Shown piece by piece: positions 44,063 to 55,261 of a stretch of 64,000 bases of DNA (its first letter is position 1; each line of letters opens with the position of its first letter). Below the pieces are notes generated by a model. It saw only the letters and a list, made by a program, of their open reading frames with translations. It was not told where the DNA came from and searched no databases. Source of the DNA: Myxococcales bacterium (GTDB lineage Bacteria; Myxococcota_A; Polyangia; Palsa-1104). The stretch is taken from contig JAQBQH010000344.1 in assembly GCA_028287105.1 (NCBI GenBank), positions 26-64,025 on the forward strand, written 5' to 3'. Both the position numbers and the translations under genes were made by a program.

Positions 44063-44557
44063 CTACAGCAGCTTCTGCAAATACACGCAGTCCAGCCACT
44101 GCCCGAACTTGAACCCCACCACGCGCAACCTCCCCGCATCCACGAACCCCGCCGCCCGATGTAGCGCCACGCTCGCCTCCTGATCCGCCGAGATGCTCGC
44201 GACGATGGTCCGATGTCCCAGGCCCCGCGCGCGCTCGACCAGGTCCGTCAACAGCGCTCGCCCCACGCCGCGCCGTAGCCGCCCGGGGTGCACGTAGACG
44301 GTGTTCTCGACGGTAAATCGATACCCCTCGCGCACGTTGTAGACCGAGAGCGATCCCCAGCCGACGACCTCGCCATCCAGCACCGCGACGGTGACCGGAT
44401 GTTCCTGATCGTGCGCGCTCAGCCACAGTCGCCGTTGCGCGGCGGTATTGGGCTCGCACTGCCACGTGCAGGTCGCGTTCAAGACGTAGTGGTTGTAGAT
44501 GGCGTCGATCGCGGCGAGGTCGTCCTCGCAGGCGTCGCGAATTGTCAGCTCGCCCAT
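44063..44557 (-). CDS. GNAT family N-acyltransferase
   Basis: 164 aa with the acetyl-CoA binding loop RRGVGRALL and a GNAT fold pattern (NTVYVHPGRLRRGVGRALLTDLVERARGLGHRTIVA). Confidence 0.75.
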   Translation of the reverse strand: MGELTIRDACEDDLAAIDAIYNHYVLNATCTWQCEPNTAAQRRLWLSAHDQEHPVTVAVLDGEVVGWGSLSVYNVREGYRFTVENTVYVHPGRLRRGVGRALLTDLVERARGLGHRTIVASISADQEASVALHRAAGFVDAGRLRVVGFKFGQWLDCVYLQKLL

Positions 44558-44636
44558 CCCTCGATCCTACGGCGCCGACGTTTCGGATGCGTTTCCGTCA
44601 CCTCGGCCTAGGAGCCGGCTCAGCCCGCCAGCCGCC

Positions 44637-45476
44637 TCACCCCGCCAGCCCGACGATCCTCTCCGTCTCCGCCCACAGCCGCTTCTGCGTCTCCACATCC
44701 AGCGCCCGCTTCGACGGCTGCTTCTCTTTGCGCTTCGCGAAATACTTCCCGCTCACGCCTTCGACCGCGGGCGACGACGCCAGCCAGATGCTGGTACGCG
44801 CCCCTTGCGCGGGTGTCAGGAAGAACGGCCGCACCAGCGCGATGCCGAAGCGCATCAGCCCGCTCGAGGAGCTGCCGAACCCGCTCGCCACCGGCCCCGG
44901 ATGCGCCGCGTTGACGGTGACGCCGCTGCCCTCGAGCCGCCGCGCCAGCTCGTAGGTGAAGAGCAGGTTCATCAGCTTCGACAGGCAGTAGGCCTTGAAG
45001 CCGCCGTAGCCGGTCTTGAGCTCCAGGTTGTCGAAGTCGACGCGCGCCGGACGATGCGCATCCGACGACACGTTGACGATGCGCGCCTTGCCCGCCGCCT
45101 TCAGCCGATCGAGCAGCAGATGCGTCAACAGAAAGTAGCTCAGGTGGTTGAGCGCGAACGTCCGCTCGTGCCCCTCGGCCGTCTCGATGCGCGGACCGAA
45201 GATGGCGCCCGCGTTGTTGACCAGCACGTCGATGCGATCGTACTTGGCGTTGATCTCCGCCGCCACCGCGCGCACCGACGACATGAGCGATAGATCGGCG
45301 AGATGCGCGTGCGCCGCCGGCGCGCCCGCCGCCTTCAGCTCGGGAAGGAGCGCCTCGGCCTTGGCGCCGTCGCGCGCGATGATGACCAGCTCGGCTCCGA
45401 GCTTGGCCAGCTCCAGCGCCGTGATGCGACCGATTCCCGTGGTCGCGCCGGTGACGACGATCCGCTTGCCCTTCAT
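44637..45476 (-). CDS. Short-chain dehydrogenase/reductase (SDR)
   Basis: The TGATTGIG Rossmann motif (VVTGATTGIGRITA), NNAG, and a YxxxK catalytic pair (YCLSK). The stop overlaps the yceI-like gene as ATGA. Confidence 0.85.
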   Translation of the reverse strand: MKGKRIVVTGATTGIGRITALELAKLGAELVIIARDGAKAEALLPELKAAGAPAAHAHLADLSLMSSVRAVAAEINAKYDRIDVLVNNAGAIFGPRIETAEGHERTFALNHLSYFLLTHLLLDRLKAAGKARIVNVSSDAHRPARVDFDNLELKTGYGGFKAYCLSKLMNLLFTYELARRLEGSGVTVNAAHPGPVASGFGSSSSGLMRFGIALVRPFFLTPAQGARTSIWLASSPAVEGVSGKYFAKRKEKQPSKRALDVETQKRLWAETERIVGLAG

Positions 45477-46033
45477 TTCGTGAACGCGAGCACGGCGTCG
45501 ACCTTCAGCTCGTCGTCGACCTTGACGAACATGAGGCTGGGGCGCTCGACCTTGTAGGCGTCGAGGCTGATCGGAATCGTGGCCTTGGCGACCACCCTCT
45601 GCGCCGACTGCCAGGTGACATCGACGGGCAGCTCGAACAGCTGCTGAATGCCGTGGAACGTGAGCTGCGCCTTGAACGTCTTCTTCTGCGTCGTCGGGAA
45701 GCTCGTCGGCGGCACCAGGCCGTCAGCGAGCGCCTTGACCTCGATCCACGGATACTTCGCCGCCTCGACCGCTTCCTTCATGTGCGAGTCGCGGTTGACG
45801 TTGCCCGAGTCGAACGACTCCGACGGCGCGCGCACCACGACCTGCGCCTTGCCGTCGGGCAGAAGGCGAGCCTTGCCTTCGACCTTGTGAGAGACGCCGT
45901 CGACTTTGTGCATCTTGTGGACGAGATGGTAGGTGAGCGACGAGCCCTTGGTGTCGACGGCGTAATCGGCGGGCTGTTGCGCGCGCGCGACACCGGACAG
46001 GAGCACGATCGCAAGGCTGAGGAGCTTGCGCAT
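45473..46033 (-). CDS. YceI-family periplasmic polyisoprenoid-binding protein
   Basis: Signal peptide MRKLLSLAIVLLSGVARA and a YceI beta-barrel pattern (SSLTYHLVHKMHKVDGVSHKVEGKA...NVNRDSHMKEAVEAAKYPWIEVKA...KAQLTFHGIQQ). Confidence 0.75.
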   Translation of the reverse strand: MRKLLSLAIVLLSGVARAQQPADYAVDTKGSSLTYHLVHKMHKVDGVSHKVEGKARLLPDGKAQVVVRAPSESFDSGNVNRDSHMKEAVEAAKYPWIEVKALADGLVPPTSFPTTQKKTFKAQLTFHGIQQLFELPVDVTWQSAQRVVAKATIPISLDAYKVERPSLMFVKVDDELKVDAVLAFTK

Positions 46034-46042
46034 GCGCGAACG

Positions 46043-46273
46043 CTAGCACGCCGGCCAGTCGTCGGGGCGCGCGATCTCGATGAGCCCCGCCTCGGCGGTG
46101 AGCCGCTGCACCAGGAGCTCCGCCTCTTCCTCGAGCCCCTCGCCGACCATCCATTCGATCTCGCCGCGGCGCGGGTCGGGCGCGCGCAGGAGCGCGACGC
46201 CGTCGTAGGCCTCGATGATGGCGCGAACGTACCCGATCTGCTCGAGCGGGACCCGGAAGTAGCGTGAGCTCAC
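46043..46273 (-). CDS. Small hypothetical protein (DUF4911-like, ~76 aa)
   Basis: The GTG at 46273 gives (M)SSRYFRVPLEQIGYVRAIIEAYDGVALLRAPDPRRGEIEWMVGEG.... It lies 9 nt upstream of the yceI-like gene on the same strand. Confidence 0.4.
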   Translation of the reverse strand: MSSRYFRVPLEQIGYVRAIIEAYDGVALLRAPDPRRGEIEWMVGEGLEEEAELLVQRLTAEAGLIEIARPDDWPAC

Positions 46274-46338
46274 CGACGCGGAGGATAGCGGTTTTTTGCG
46301 CCGGCACCATCCAGTCGGTAGACTTCTACGTTGGGAAG

Positions 46339-47274
46339 ATGGGCACACGTATTTTTGCGTTGGGGATTTGCGCGGCGCTGCTGCCGGGATGCGGCGAGAC
46401 CATCTCGCGCGCCGAGCTCACGGACGTGCGCCAGCGTCTCGACGCCGAGCAGAAGCGGTCGGCGTCGGCGCAGCACAAGGTCGACGAGCTGGAGAACCGG
46501 GTCTTCCTCTTGACCGATCAGGTCGAGAGCCAGAAGGTGGCGTCGCTGCACCGCACCACGCGGACGCTGCCGGTGGTGACGCTCAAGCCTGACGCCGTAG
46601 AGCCCGCCGCCGACGCTGCCGACGAGGTCGGCTTCGAGGGCGCGGCGCGCTCGAACGATCCCGATCACACGCGTCCGGTGTTCCGCATCGACAATTCGCG
46701 ACCGGGCGCGCACCGCGCCGAGCCGGTGGCGCACAAGACCGAGGCCGCGCCGCGCAAGGCCGAGCCGGTGGCGCACAAGCCGGTCGAGAGCAGCTCCGAC
46801 TCCGACGACAACCTCGGGGTCGCACCGGTCCCGCCGATTCGCGGTTCCGCTTCGGCGCCCGCCGAGCGCAGCGCGCCGGCGGTCGAGCCCTTGACGCTCT
46901 ATCGCGCCGCCTACGAAGAGCTGCGCGCCGGCCGCCACGACAGCGCCGAAGCCGGCTTCCGCGACTTCGTGCGCCGCTTCCCGCATCACGACTACGCCGA
47001 CAACGCGCAGTACTGGCTCGGCGAATGTTTCTACGACCAGAAGCGTTACGATAAGGCCGCGCCGGAGTTCCGCGCGGTCGTGCAGCGCTGGCCGACCGGC
47101 AACAAGGCGCCCGATGCGCTGGTCAAGCTCGGCTTCTCGCTCATCGCGCTCGGCGAGATCGACAAGGGCCGACAGACGCTGCGTGAGGTGCCGACGGCCT
47201 ATCCGCGCACCGAGGCGGCGCGACTGGCCGCCGAGCGGCTGGCGCAGCTCACACCGACGGAGGGATCGAAGTGA
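46339..47274 (+). CDS. YbgF/CpoB-like Tol-Pal associated lipoprotein (coiled coil plus C-terminal TPR)
   Basis: Lipobox ALLPGC, an N-terminal coiled coil (LDAEQKRSASAQHKVDELENRVFLLTDQVESQK) and a C-terminal TPR block (AAYEELRAGRHDSAEAGFRDFVRRFPHHDYADNAQYWLGECFYDQKRYDKAAPEFRAVVQRWP). Confidence 0.7.
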   Translation: MGTRIFALGICAALLPGCGETISRAELTDVRQRLDAEQKRSASAQHKVDELENRVFLLTDQVESQKVASLHRTTRTLPVVTLKPDAVEPAADAADEVGFEGAARSNDPDHTRPVFRIDNSRPGAHRAEPVAHKTEAAPRKAEPVAHKPVESSSDSDDNLGVAPVPPIRGSASAPAERSAPAVEPLTLYRAAYEELRAGRHDSAEAGFRDFVRRFPHHDYADNAQYWLGECFYDQKRYDKAAPEFRAVVQRWPTGNKAPDALVKLGFSLIALGEIDKGRQTLREVPTAYPRTEAARLAAERLAQLTPTEGSK

Positions 47275-48497
47275 AACGGCTGCTCCTGGTTTTCGGCCTC
47301 GCCCTCATGACCACCGACGCGCAGGCGCAGTCGACGTCCAATCTGCCGTCGACCGAGACACAGAGCGGCTCGCAAGGGCTGCCGACGACGCAGACGCAAC
47401 CCGCGCCGCCCCCCGGCCAGCAGGGCGGCTGGTATCCCGGGATGCCGCTGCCGCCGCCGGCACGCGCTGCCGCCGCCGCGCCCGACGCCAAGGGCGAGAA
47501 GAAGCGCACCGGTCTCGACATCACCGAGGACCCCGATGTCGGCGAGGTCTCGATGGCCGAATCGGGCCCGCCGCCCGACACGCACGTCGTCGTCAAGGGC
47601 GACACGCTCTGGGATCTCTCGGCGCGCTACTACCGCAACGCGTGGGGCTGGCCCAAGCTCTGGTCGTACAACCCGCAGATTACGAATCCGCACTGGATCT
47701 ATCCGGGCGACATCGTGCGCCTCTCCGCGCCCGGCACGGCGGTCGCCACCGCGACGCCGACGCCAAACGAAGGCCCGCGTCGCATTCAGGGAATGCCGCG
47801 CGGTCCCAACGGCGTCTTCTTGCGACAGACCGGCTTCGTGGAGCCGGGCGAGCTCAAGAAGGCGGGCACGATCGTCGGCTCCAAGGAAGAGAAGATCATG
47901 CTCGGCACGCTCGACGAAGCCTACGTCGGGTTCCCGAAGGAGAAGCCGTTCCAGGTCGGCGAGCGCTACACGATCTATCACCCGACCTTCGCGGTGAAGC
48001 ACCCGGTCACCGGCAAGCTCCTCGGCCACATGGTCGAGATCCTCGGCGAGGGCGAGGTCCGCGCCGTCACCAACGGACACATCGCGCGCGTCACGGTCAT
48101 CGACTCGATCGATCCGATCGAGCGCGGCTTCCTCGTGGGCCCGCTGCGCCGCCAGTTCAAGGTGGTGCCGCCGTCGATCAACAAGTCCGATCAGATCGGC
48201 GTCGTCGTGACGACGATGCAGCCGCGCGACCTCATCGGTACCGAGCACATCGTCTTCCTGGACCTCGGCAAGAGCGAGGGCGTCGAGATCGGCAACCGCT
48301 TCCTCGTCACCCGCCGCGGCGACGGCTACATCCCGATCCTGGCCAAGGGTCCGGTCGACGACAAACGCTTCCCACGCGAGACGGTCGCCGAGATCATCAT
48401 CGTCGACCTGCGCGAGCATCTCGCCACCGGCGTGGTCACCAAATCCACAAAGGAAACGCGAGTCGGCGACCGGGTCGAAGCGCGCCGCGGCTTCTAG
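47271..48497 (+). CDS. LysM peptidoglycan-binding domain protein
   Basis: The GTG start overlaps the upstream stop as GTGA. A signal peptide and a LysM motif (VVKGDTLWDLSARYYRNAWGWPKLWSYNPQITNPHWIYPGDIVRL) are followed by a C-terminal beta domain. Confidence 0.75.
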   Translation: MKRLLLVFGLALMTTDAQAQSTSNLPSTETQSGSQGLPTTQTQPAPPPGQQGGWYPGMPLPPPARAAAAAPDAKGEKKRTGLDITEDPDVGEVSMAESGPPPDTHVVVKGDTLWDLSARYYRNAWGWPKLWSYNPQITNPHWIYPGDIVRLSAPGTAVATATPTPNEGPRRIQGMPRGPNGVFLRQTGFVEPGELKKAGTIVGSKEEKIMLGTLDEAYVGFPKEKPFQVGERYTIYHPTFAVKHPVTGKLLGHMVEILGEGEVRAVTNGHIARVTVIDSIDPIERGFLVGPLRRQFKVVPPSINKSDQIGVVVTTMQPRDLIGTEHIVFLDLGKSEGVEIGNRFLVTRRGDGYIPILAKGPVDDKRFPRETVAEIIIVDLREHLATGVVTKSTKETRVGDRVEARRGF

Positions 48498-48539
48498 CTA
48501 TTACTGGCTAACTTGTGGTAAGATGGCTTACGGAGGCTG

Positions 48540-49208
48540 TTGATGCGCCGTAGTCGTCTGCTCGTCGCTCTGGTCGTCATCCCGTGCGCGGTCTCGGCCG
48601 CCACCAGCGCCTTCGCGCAGCAGGTCCTGCAGCCCTACTCGGAGCCGGTGCTGTCGCCGTACGCCGACGAGCCGGGCCCTGGGCAGCCGCTGCCGGCGGT
48701 GCCGCCGCCGGTCGTCGCGCCGCCGCCGGGCTACAACTATGGCTACCAGCAGCAGTACCCGCAGCAGCAGTACCCGCAGCAGCCCTATTACGGCCAGCCG
48801 CAGCCGATGTACTACCCGCAGCAGCAGCCTCTCCACTTCCACGAGGAGATGCAGCCGCGCTACGGCCTGATGGTCGCCGGCCTCGTCGTCTTCGGCGTGT
48901 CCTGGTCGATCAACGCCGCGACCGCCTACGCCGCCGACGAGTGGCGCCTCGCCGTCCCCGTCATCGGCCCGTTCATGGAGACCTCGCAGATCAACACGTC
49001 GTCGGGCTACGAATACAACCGTGCGCTCGTGGGGCTCCTGGTGTTCGACGGGCTCATCGAGACGGCCGGGGCAGTGATGTTGGTGGCCGGCGCCGTTACC
49101 AAGCAGAAGGTCAGGATCTACGATCGCGGCCCCGCGGGCCCGCAAGTGTCAGTCGTCCCGACGGCCTCGCCGGGGATGACCGGAGTGGCCGCGTTCGGTC
49201 GCTTCTGA
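48540..49208 (+). CDS. Secreted hypothetical protein with Q/P/Y-rich low-complexity region and C-terminal TM helices
   Basis: Signal peptide MMRRSRLLVALVVIPCAVSAATSAFA. It contains a QQQYPQQQYPQQPYYGQPQPMYYPQQQP repeat, then two hydrophobic segments. Confidence 0.6.
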   Translation: MMRRSRLLVALVVIPCAVSAATSAFAQQVLQPYSEPVLSPYADEPGPGQPLPAVPPPVVAPPPGYNYGYQQQYPQQQYPQQPYYGQPQPMYYPQQQPLHFHEEMQPRYGLMVAGLVVFGVSWSINAATAYAADEWRLAVPVIGPFMETSQINTSSGYEYNRALVGLLVFDGLIETAGAVMLVAGAVTKQKVRIYDRGPAGPQVSVVPTASPGMTGVAAFGRF

Positions 49209-49227
49209 CACCAACTTCCATCGCCGG

Positions 49228-49401
49228 GCTAATCGATTTCCAACAAGCTCCAGCGCGAAAGCGGACGCGCGAACACCACCCGCTTGGCCGTCGTCAGCAC
49301 GAAGTACACTCGTGACTTCCCGCACGTCGGACAGCGAGTAGGCGGTTGCGCGCCATCGGGCGTGAAGCCGCAGCCCGTACAGTTCCAATGCCTGGCACCC
49401 A
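49228..49401 (-). CDS. Possible small zinc-ribbon protein, 57 aa (not in ORF track; below the 60-aa cutoff)
   Basis: Manual translation of the minus strand from the ATG at 49399-49401 gives MGARHWNCTGCGFTPDGAQPPTRCPTCGKSRVYFVLTTAKRVVFARPLSRWSLLEID, then TAG. Two CxxC pairs (CTGC, CPTC) match a rubredoxin-like zinc ribbon. GC3 is about 74%, lower than neighbouring genes. Confidence 0.35.
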
Positions 49402-49527
49402 TGTACTGAGATAGAGCAAGGGCCAGGCCAGCTATAAAGTCGCGGGCTTGGGTAAATCGCCTTGACGGGTCGAGGTACTGTGACTATCCGTTATGTCCTT
49501 ATGCGGTCTGGAATCCGCATCATTAAT

Positions 49528-50376
49528 ATGGACGCCAAGGCGATACATCGAGGTGAGACGGGCTACCCGGCGCGGTTGGAGGCGCTGGTAGATCCCCCAT
49601 CGCCACTCTGGATCCGGGGGGACTGGACCCCGGGGCGGCGTGCCGTGGGGGTCGTCGGGGCGCGGGCGGCGACCGCTCGTGGCTTCGATGTGGCGCGGAC
49701 CTTCGGCAGCGAGCTGGCGGCGGCGGGTGTCGATATCATCTCCGGCGGCGCGCTCGGCATCGACGCGGCCGCGCATCGCGGGGCGCTCGACGTCGCCGAC
49801 CGCCATCCGGGCGTCGGTCATACCGTCGCGGTCATGGGTACCGGCATCGACATCGCCTATCCGGAGCGCAACGCGCAGATGTTCGAAGAGATCGTCGCGT
49901 CGGGCGGCGCGCTCGTGTCGCAGTTCGCGCCCGGCGAGCAGCCGCGGCGCCATACCTTTCCGGCGCGCAACGCGGTCATCGCGGGGCTGGCCGATCTGGT
50001 CGTCGTCGTCGAGGCGGGGCTGGCCTCGGGCACGATCCACACGGTGCGAGCGATGCAAAAGCTCGGACGTCCGGTCGCGGCGCTGCCGGGATCGCACGGG
50101 ACCGACGCGCTTCTGTTGGACGGCGTGACCGCGGTCGCGGGTGTGGCCGACGTGCTGGAGATGCTCGAAGGCAGGTCGCCGGCGCCGCCGGATCTGCCGG
50201 ACGATCCCTTGGCAGTAAAGCTGTACGCGGCGCTCGATGGTGTGCCGCGCGACGTGGGCGAGCTGGCCTACCGCGCCGGATTGGCGGTCGGCACCTGCGC
50301 TGCGATGGTGGTGGACTTGGAGCTCGGTGGGCTGGCTGCGCGAGCGGCTGGCGGGCGTTACCTTCGATTGAGGTAA
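49528..50376 (+). CDS. dprA: DNA processing protein DprA/Smf (Rossmann core)
   Basis: YPARLEALVDPPSPLWIRGDW...VGVVGARAATARG...AAAGVDIISGGALGIDAAAHRGAL...TVAVMGTGIDIAYPERN. Start chosen at the ATG at 49528; the track TTG at 49462 is less likely. It appears to lack the N-terminal SAM-like domain. Confidence 0.8.
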   Translation: MDAKAIHRGETGYPARLEALVDPPSPLWIRGDWTPGRRAVGVVGARAATARGFDVARTFGSELAAAGVDIISGGALGIDAAAHRGALDVADRHPGVGHTVAVMGTGIDIAYPERNAQMFEEIVASGGALVSQFAPGEQPRRHTFPARNAVIAGLADLVVVVEAGLASGTIHTVRAMQKLGRPVAALPGSHGTDALLLDGVTAVAGVADVLEMLEGRSPAPPDLPDDPLAVKLYAALDGVPRDVGELAYRAGLAVGTCAAMVVDLELGGLAARAAGGRYLRLR

Positions 50377-50384
50377 GGGGACTT

Positions 50385-52940
<2,556 letters not shown>

Positions 52941-52966
52941 CTGAAAGCCTTTCGAGAAGCGTTCAC

Positions 52967-54277
52967 ATGTTCCGACCCGATGTAATCGTGATAGGCGGCG
53001 GACTCGCCGGAAGCGAAGCTGCGTGGCAGCTCGCCCGGCGCGGTCTCAAAGTGTCGCTGATCGAGCAGAAGCCCGCTCGCATGTCGCCGGCGCATACGAC
53101 GCCGCTGTTCGCGGAGCTCGTCTGCTCGAACTCGTTGCGGTCGGACGATCCCGATACGCCGGCGGGGCTGCTCAAGGCCGAGCTGCGCCGGGCCGGGTCG
53201 CTCATCGTCGAGTGCGCGGACGCGACCAGGGTGCCGGCGGGCGGAGCGCTCGCCGTCGATCGGCACGCCTTCTCGCGGCTGGTGACGACGCGGCTGGCGC
53301 TCGAGCCCAACGTGCGCATCGAGCGGCGGCCGGCCGAGGGGCTGCCCGAAGCGGACGTGCCGGTCATCGTTGCCGGCGGGCCGCTCGTCGGTGGCGGGCT
53401 GGCGGCGCGGATCCGTTCGCTGTGCGGCGACCGCTTCTATTTCTACGACGCCATCGCACCGATCGTCGAAGCCGACAGCATCGATTGGGACCACGCGTTT
53501 CGCGGCTCGCGCTGGGGCAAGGGCACCGACGACGGCGGCGACTACGTCAACTGCCCCATGTCGACCGCCGAGTATCGCGCGTTCGTCGAGGCGCTGCGCG
53601 CCGGGCAGAAGGTGCCGCCCAGGGCGTTCGAGGAACCGAAGTATTTCGAAGGCTGCCTGCCCATCGAGGTCATGGCCGACCGCGGCGACGACGTCCTCGC
53701 CTTCGGGCCGATGAAGCCGGTCGGCCTCGAGACCCGCGCGCACGCCGTCGTGCAGCTACGCACCGAGAACATCTACGCCACCAGCTTCAACCTGGTCGGT
53801 TTCCAGACGCGGCTCACCTACGGCGAGCAGAAGCGCATCTTCGCGATGATCCCGGCGCTGGCGAAGGCGGAGTTCCTGCGCTTCGGCTCGATTCATCGCA
53901 ACTCGTACATCGAGTCGTGGCGCCTCTGCGGCAGTGAGCTCGAGCTGCACGCGCTGCCGCACGTGCGCCTGGCCGGGCAGATCACGGGCGTCGAAGGCTA
54001 CATCGAGTCGACCGCGATGGGCCTCCTCGCCGCCCTCTTCACGCACGGTCGCGCGATCGGCAAGCCCGTGCCGGCGCCGCCGCCGACCACCGGATTCGGC
54101 GCGCTCTATCACCACCTCATGCGGCGCCGCGCGCCGGGCGAGCCGTTCTCGCCGACCAACATCAACTTCGGCCTTCTGCCGCCGCTGGAAGGGCGCGCTA
54201 AGAAACGGGACCGCCGGGCGCTGCACGCGGCGCGGGCGCAAGAGGCGATGGGGTCGTGGCTGGCCGAGGTGGCTTGA
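52967..54277 (+). CDS. trmFO: Methylenetetrahydrofolate--tRNA-(uracil54-C5)-methyltransferase TrmFO (Gid)
   Basis: VIVIGGGLAGSEAAWQLARRGLKVSLIEQKP... (FAD-binding GxGxxG), ...LFAELVCSNSLRSD..., ...FRFGSIHRNSYI.... Bacillus-type position after topA. Confidence 0.9.
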   Translation: MFRPDVIVIGGGLAGSEAAWQLARRGLKVSLIEQKPARMSPAHTTPLFAELVCSNSLRSDDPDTPAGLLKAELRRAGSLIVECADATRVPAGGALAVDRHAFSRLVTTRLALEPNVRIERRPAEGLPEADVPVIVAGGPLVGGGLAARIRSLCGDRFYFYDAIAPIVEADSIDWDHAFRGSRWGKGTDDGGDYVNCPMSTAEYRAFVEALRAGQKVPPRAFEEPKYFEGCLPIEVMADRGDDVLAFGPMKPVGLETRAHAVVQLRTENIYATSFNLVGFQTRLTYGEQKRIFAMIPALAKAEFLRFGSIHRNSYIESWRLCGSELELHALPHVRLAGQITGVEGYIESTAMGLLAALFTHGRAIGKPVPAPPPTTGFGALYHHLMRRRAPGEPFSPTNINFGLLPPLEGRAKKRDRRALHAARAQEAMGSWLAEVA

Positions 54278-55127
54278 TGAGCGACACCGCCGCTGTCACG
54301 ATCAAGATCCCCATCGTTGCGCACAGCGCCACCCACGACGGCACGTGGACCACGTCGTCGAGACACATCTTGGCGCCGATGAGGATGAGGATGCTGCCGA
54401 TGCCGAAGGGCAGGTAGGCCAGCCGCGCCACCAGCTTCTCGACGACGAGGTAGAGCGCGCGCAGCCCCAGCACCGCCAGCACGTTCGAGCTGAACACGAT
54501 CAGGAAGTCGTTCGAGACGCCGAGGACCGCCGGGATCGAGTCGACGGCGAAGATGAGATCCGAGATCTCGATGATGATCAGCACGAACAAGAGCGGCGGC
54601 ACCTTCACCACGCGGCACAGCGCCTTGACCCAGGCGCGATCGACGATCGCCTTGCCTCCGTCATCGTCGCGGTGGATGAGCGTCTGCACGCCGCTGTACG
54701 CGAGAAAAGCGCCGAACAGATAGATGATCGGGTGCCAGAAGCTCAGCAGCTTCACGCCGCCGAAGATCATGAGGCCGCGCATCACCAGCGCGCCGAGGAT
54801 GCCCCAGGTGAGCACGCGATGACGCTCGCCCTCCGGAACGCGGAAGCGCCGGAACACGACGAGGAAGACGAGCAGATTGTCGAAGCTGAGCGACTTCTCG
54901 AGCAGGTAGGCCGTGAAGAACTGCGTCGCCGCGCCGCCGCCGCGCCGCCACCAGACGAGGCAGCCGAAGGCCACCGACAGCGCGATCCAGAGGAACGACC
55001 AGCCGATGGCGGCCTCGAGCGTCAGCGGCTTGTGTTGGTGACGATGGACGCCGAGATCGAGGGCAATGGCGCCGAGGACCAGTGCAAAAAGCCCGGTCCA
55101 AAGCCAGGGATGAGCCATGTAATTCAA
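54198..55127 (-). CDS. TerC-family integral membrane protein
   Basis: Polytopic, with TerC blocks (LEKSLSFDNLLVFLVVF; AVDSIPAVLGVSNDFLIVFSSNVLAVLGLRALY). Alternative start at 55118. The 3' end overlaps trmFO convergently by 80 nt. Confidence 0.75.
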   Translation of the reverse strand: MNYMAHPWLWTGLFALVLGAIALDLGVHRHQHKPLTLEAAIGWSFLWIALSVAFGCLVWWRRGGGAATQFFTAYLLEKSLSFDNLLVFLVVFRRFRVPEGERHRVLTWGILGALVMRGLMIFGGVKLLSFWHPIIYLFGAFLAYSGVQTLIHRDDDGGKAIVDRAWVKALCRVVKVPPLLFVLIIIEISDLIFAVDSIPAVLGVSNDFLIVFSSNVLAVLGLRALYLVVEKLVARLAYLPFGIGSILILIGAKMCLDDVVHVPSWVALCATMGILIVTAAVSLIKPPRPATTPSPLAPAPRAAPGGPVS

Positions 55128-55261
55128 TCGATGCGAGATGCGCGCCGAAGCTCCTGCATTGGCTCGATCACGTCATTCTGCGCGGCCTGCGCACGGCAGG
55201 GGGCATTGGGGCGGAGCGTCCCAGATGCGGGCGCGGCCCGGTCGGTGTATCCTCGCCAAAG

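Noticed and set aside
49149-49388. 79-aa minus-strand ORF MELYGLRL...
   Set aside because: It is an Arg/Gly-rich frame that overlaps, out of frame, the more plausible 57-aa zinc-ribbon ORF, and it has no motif.
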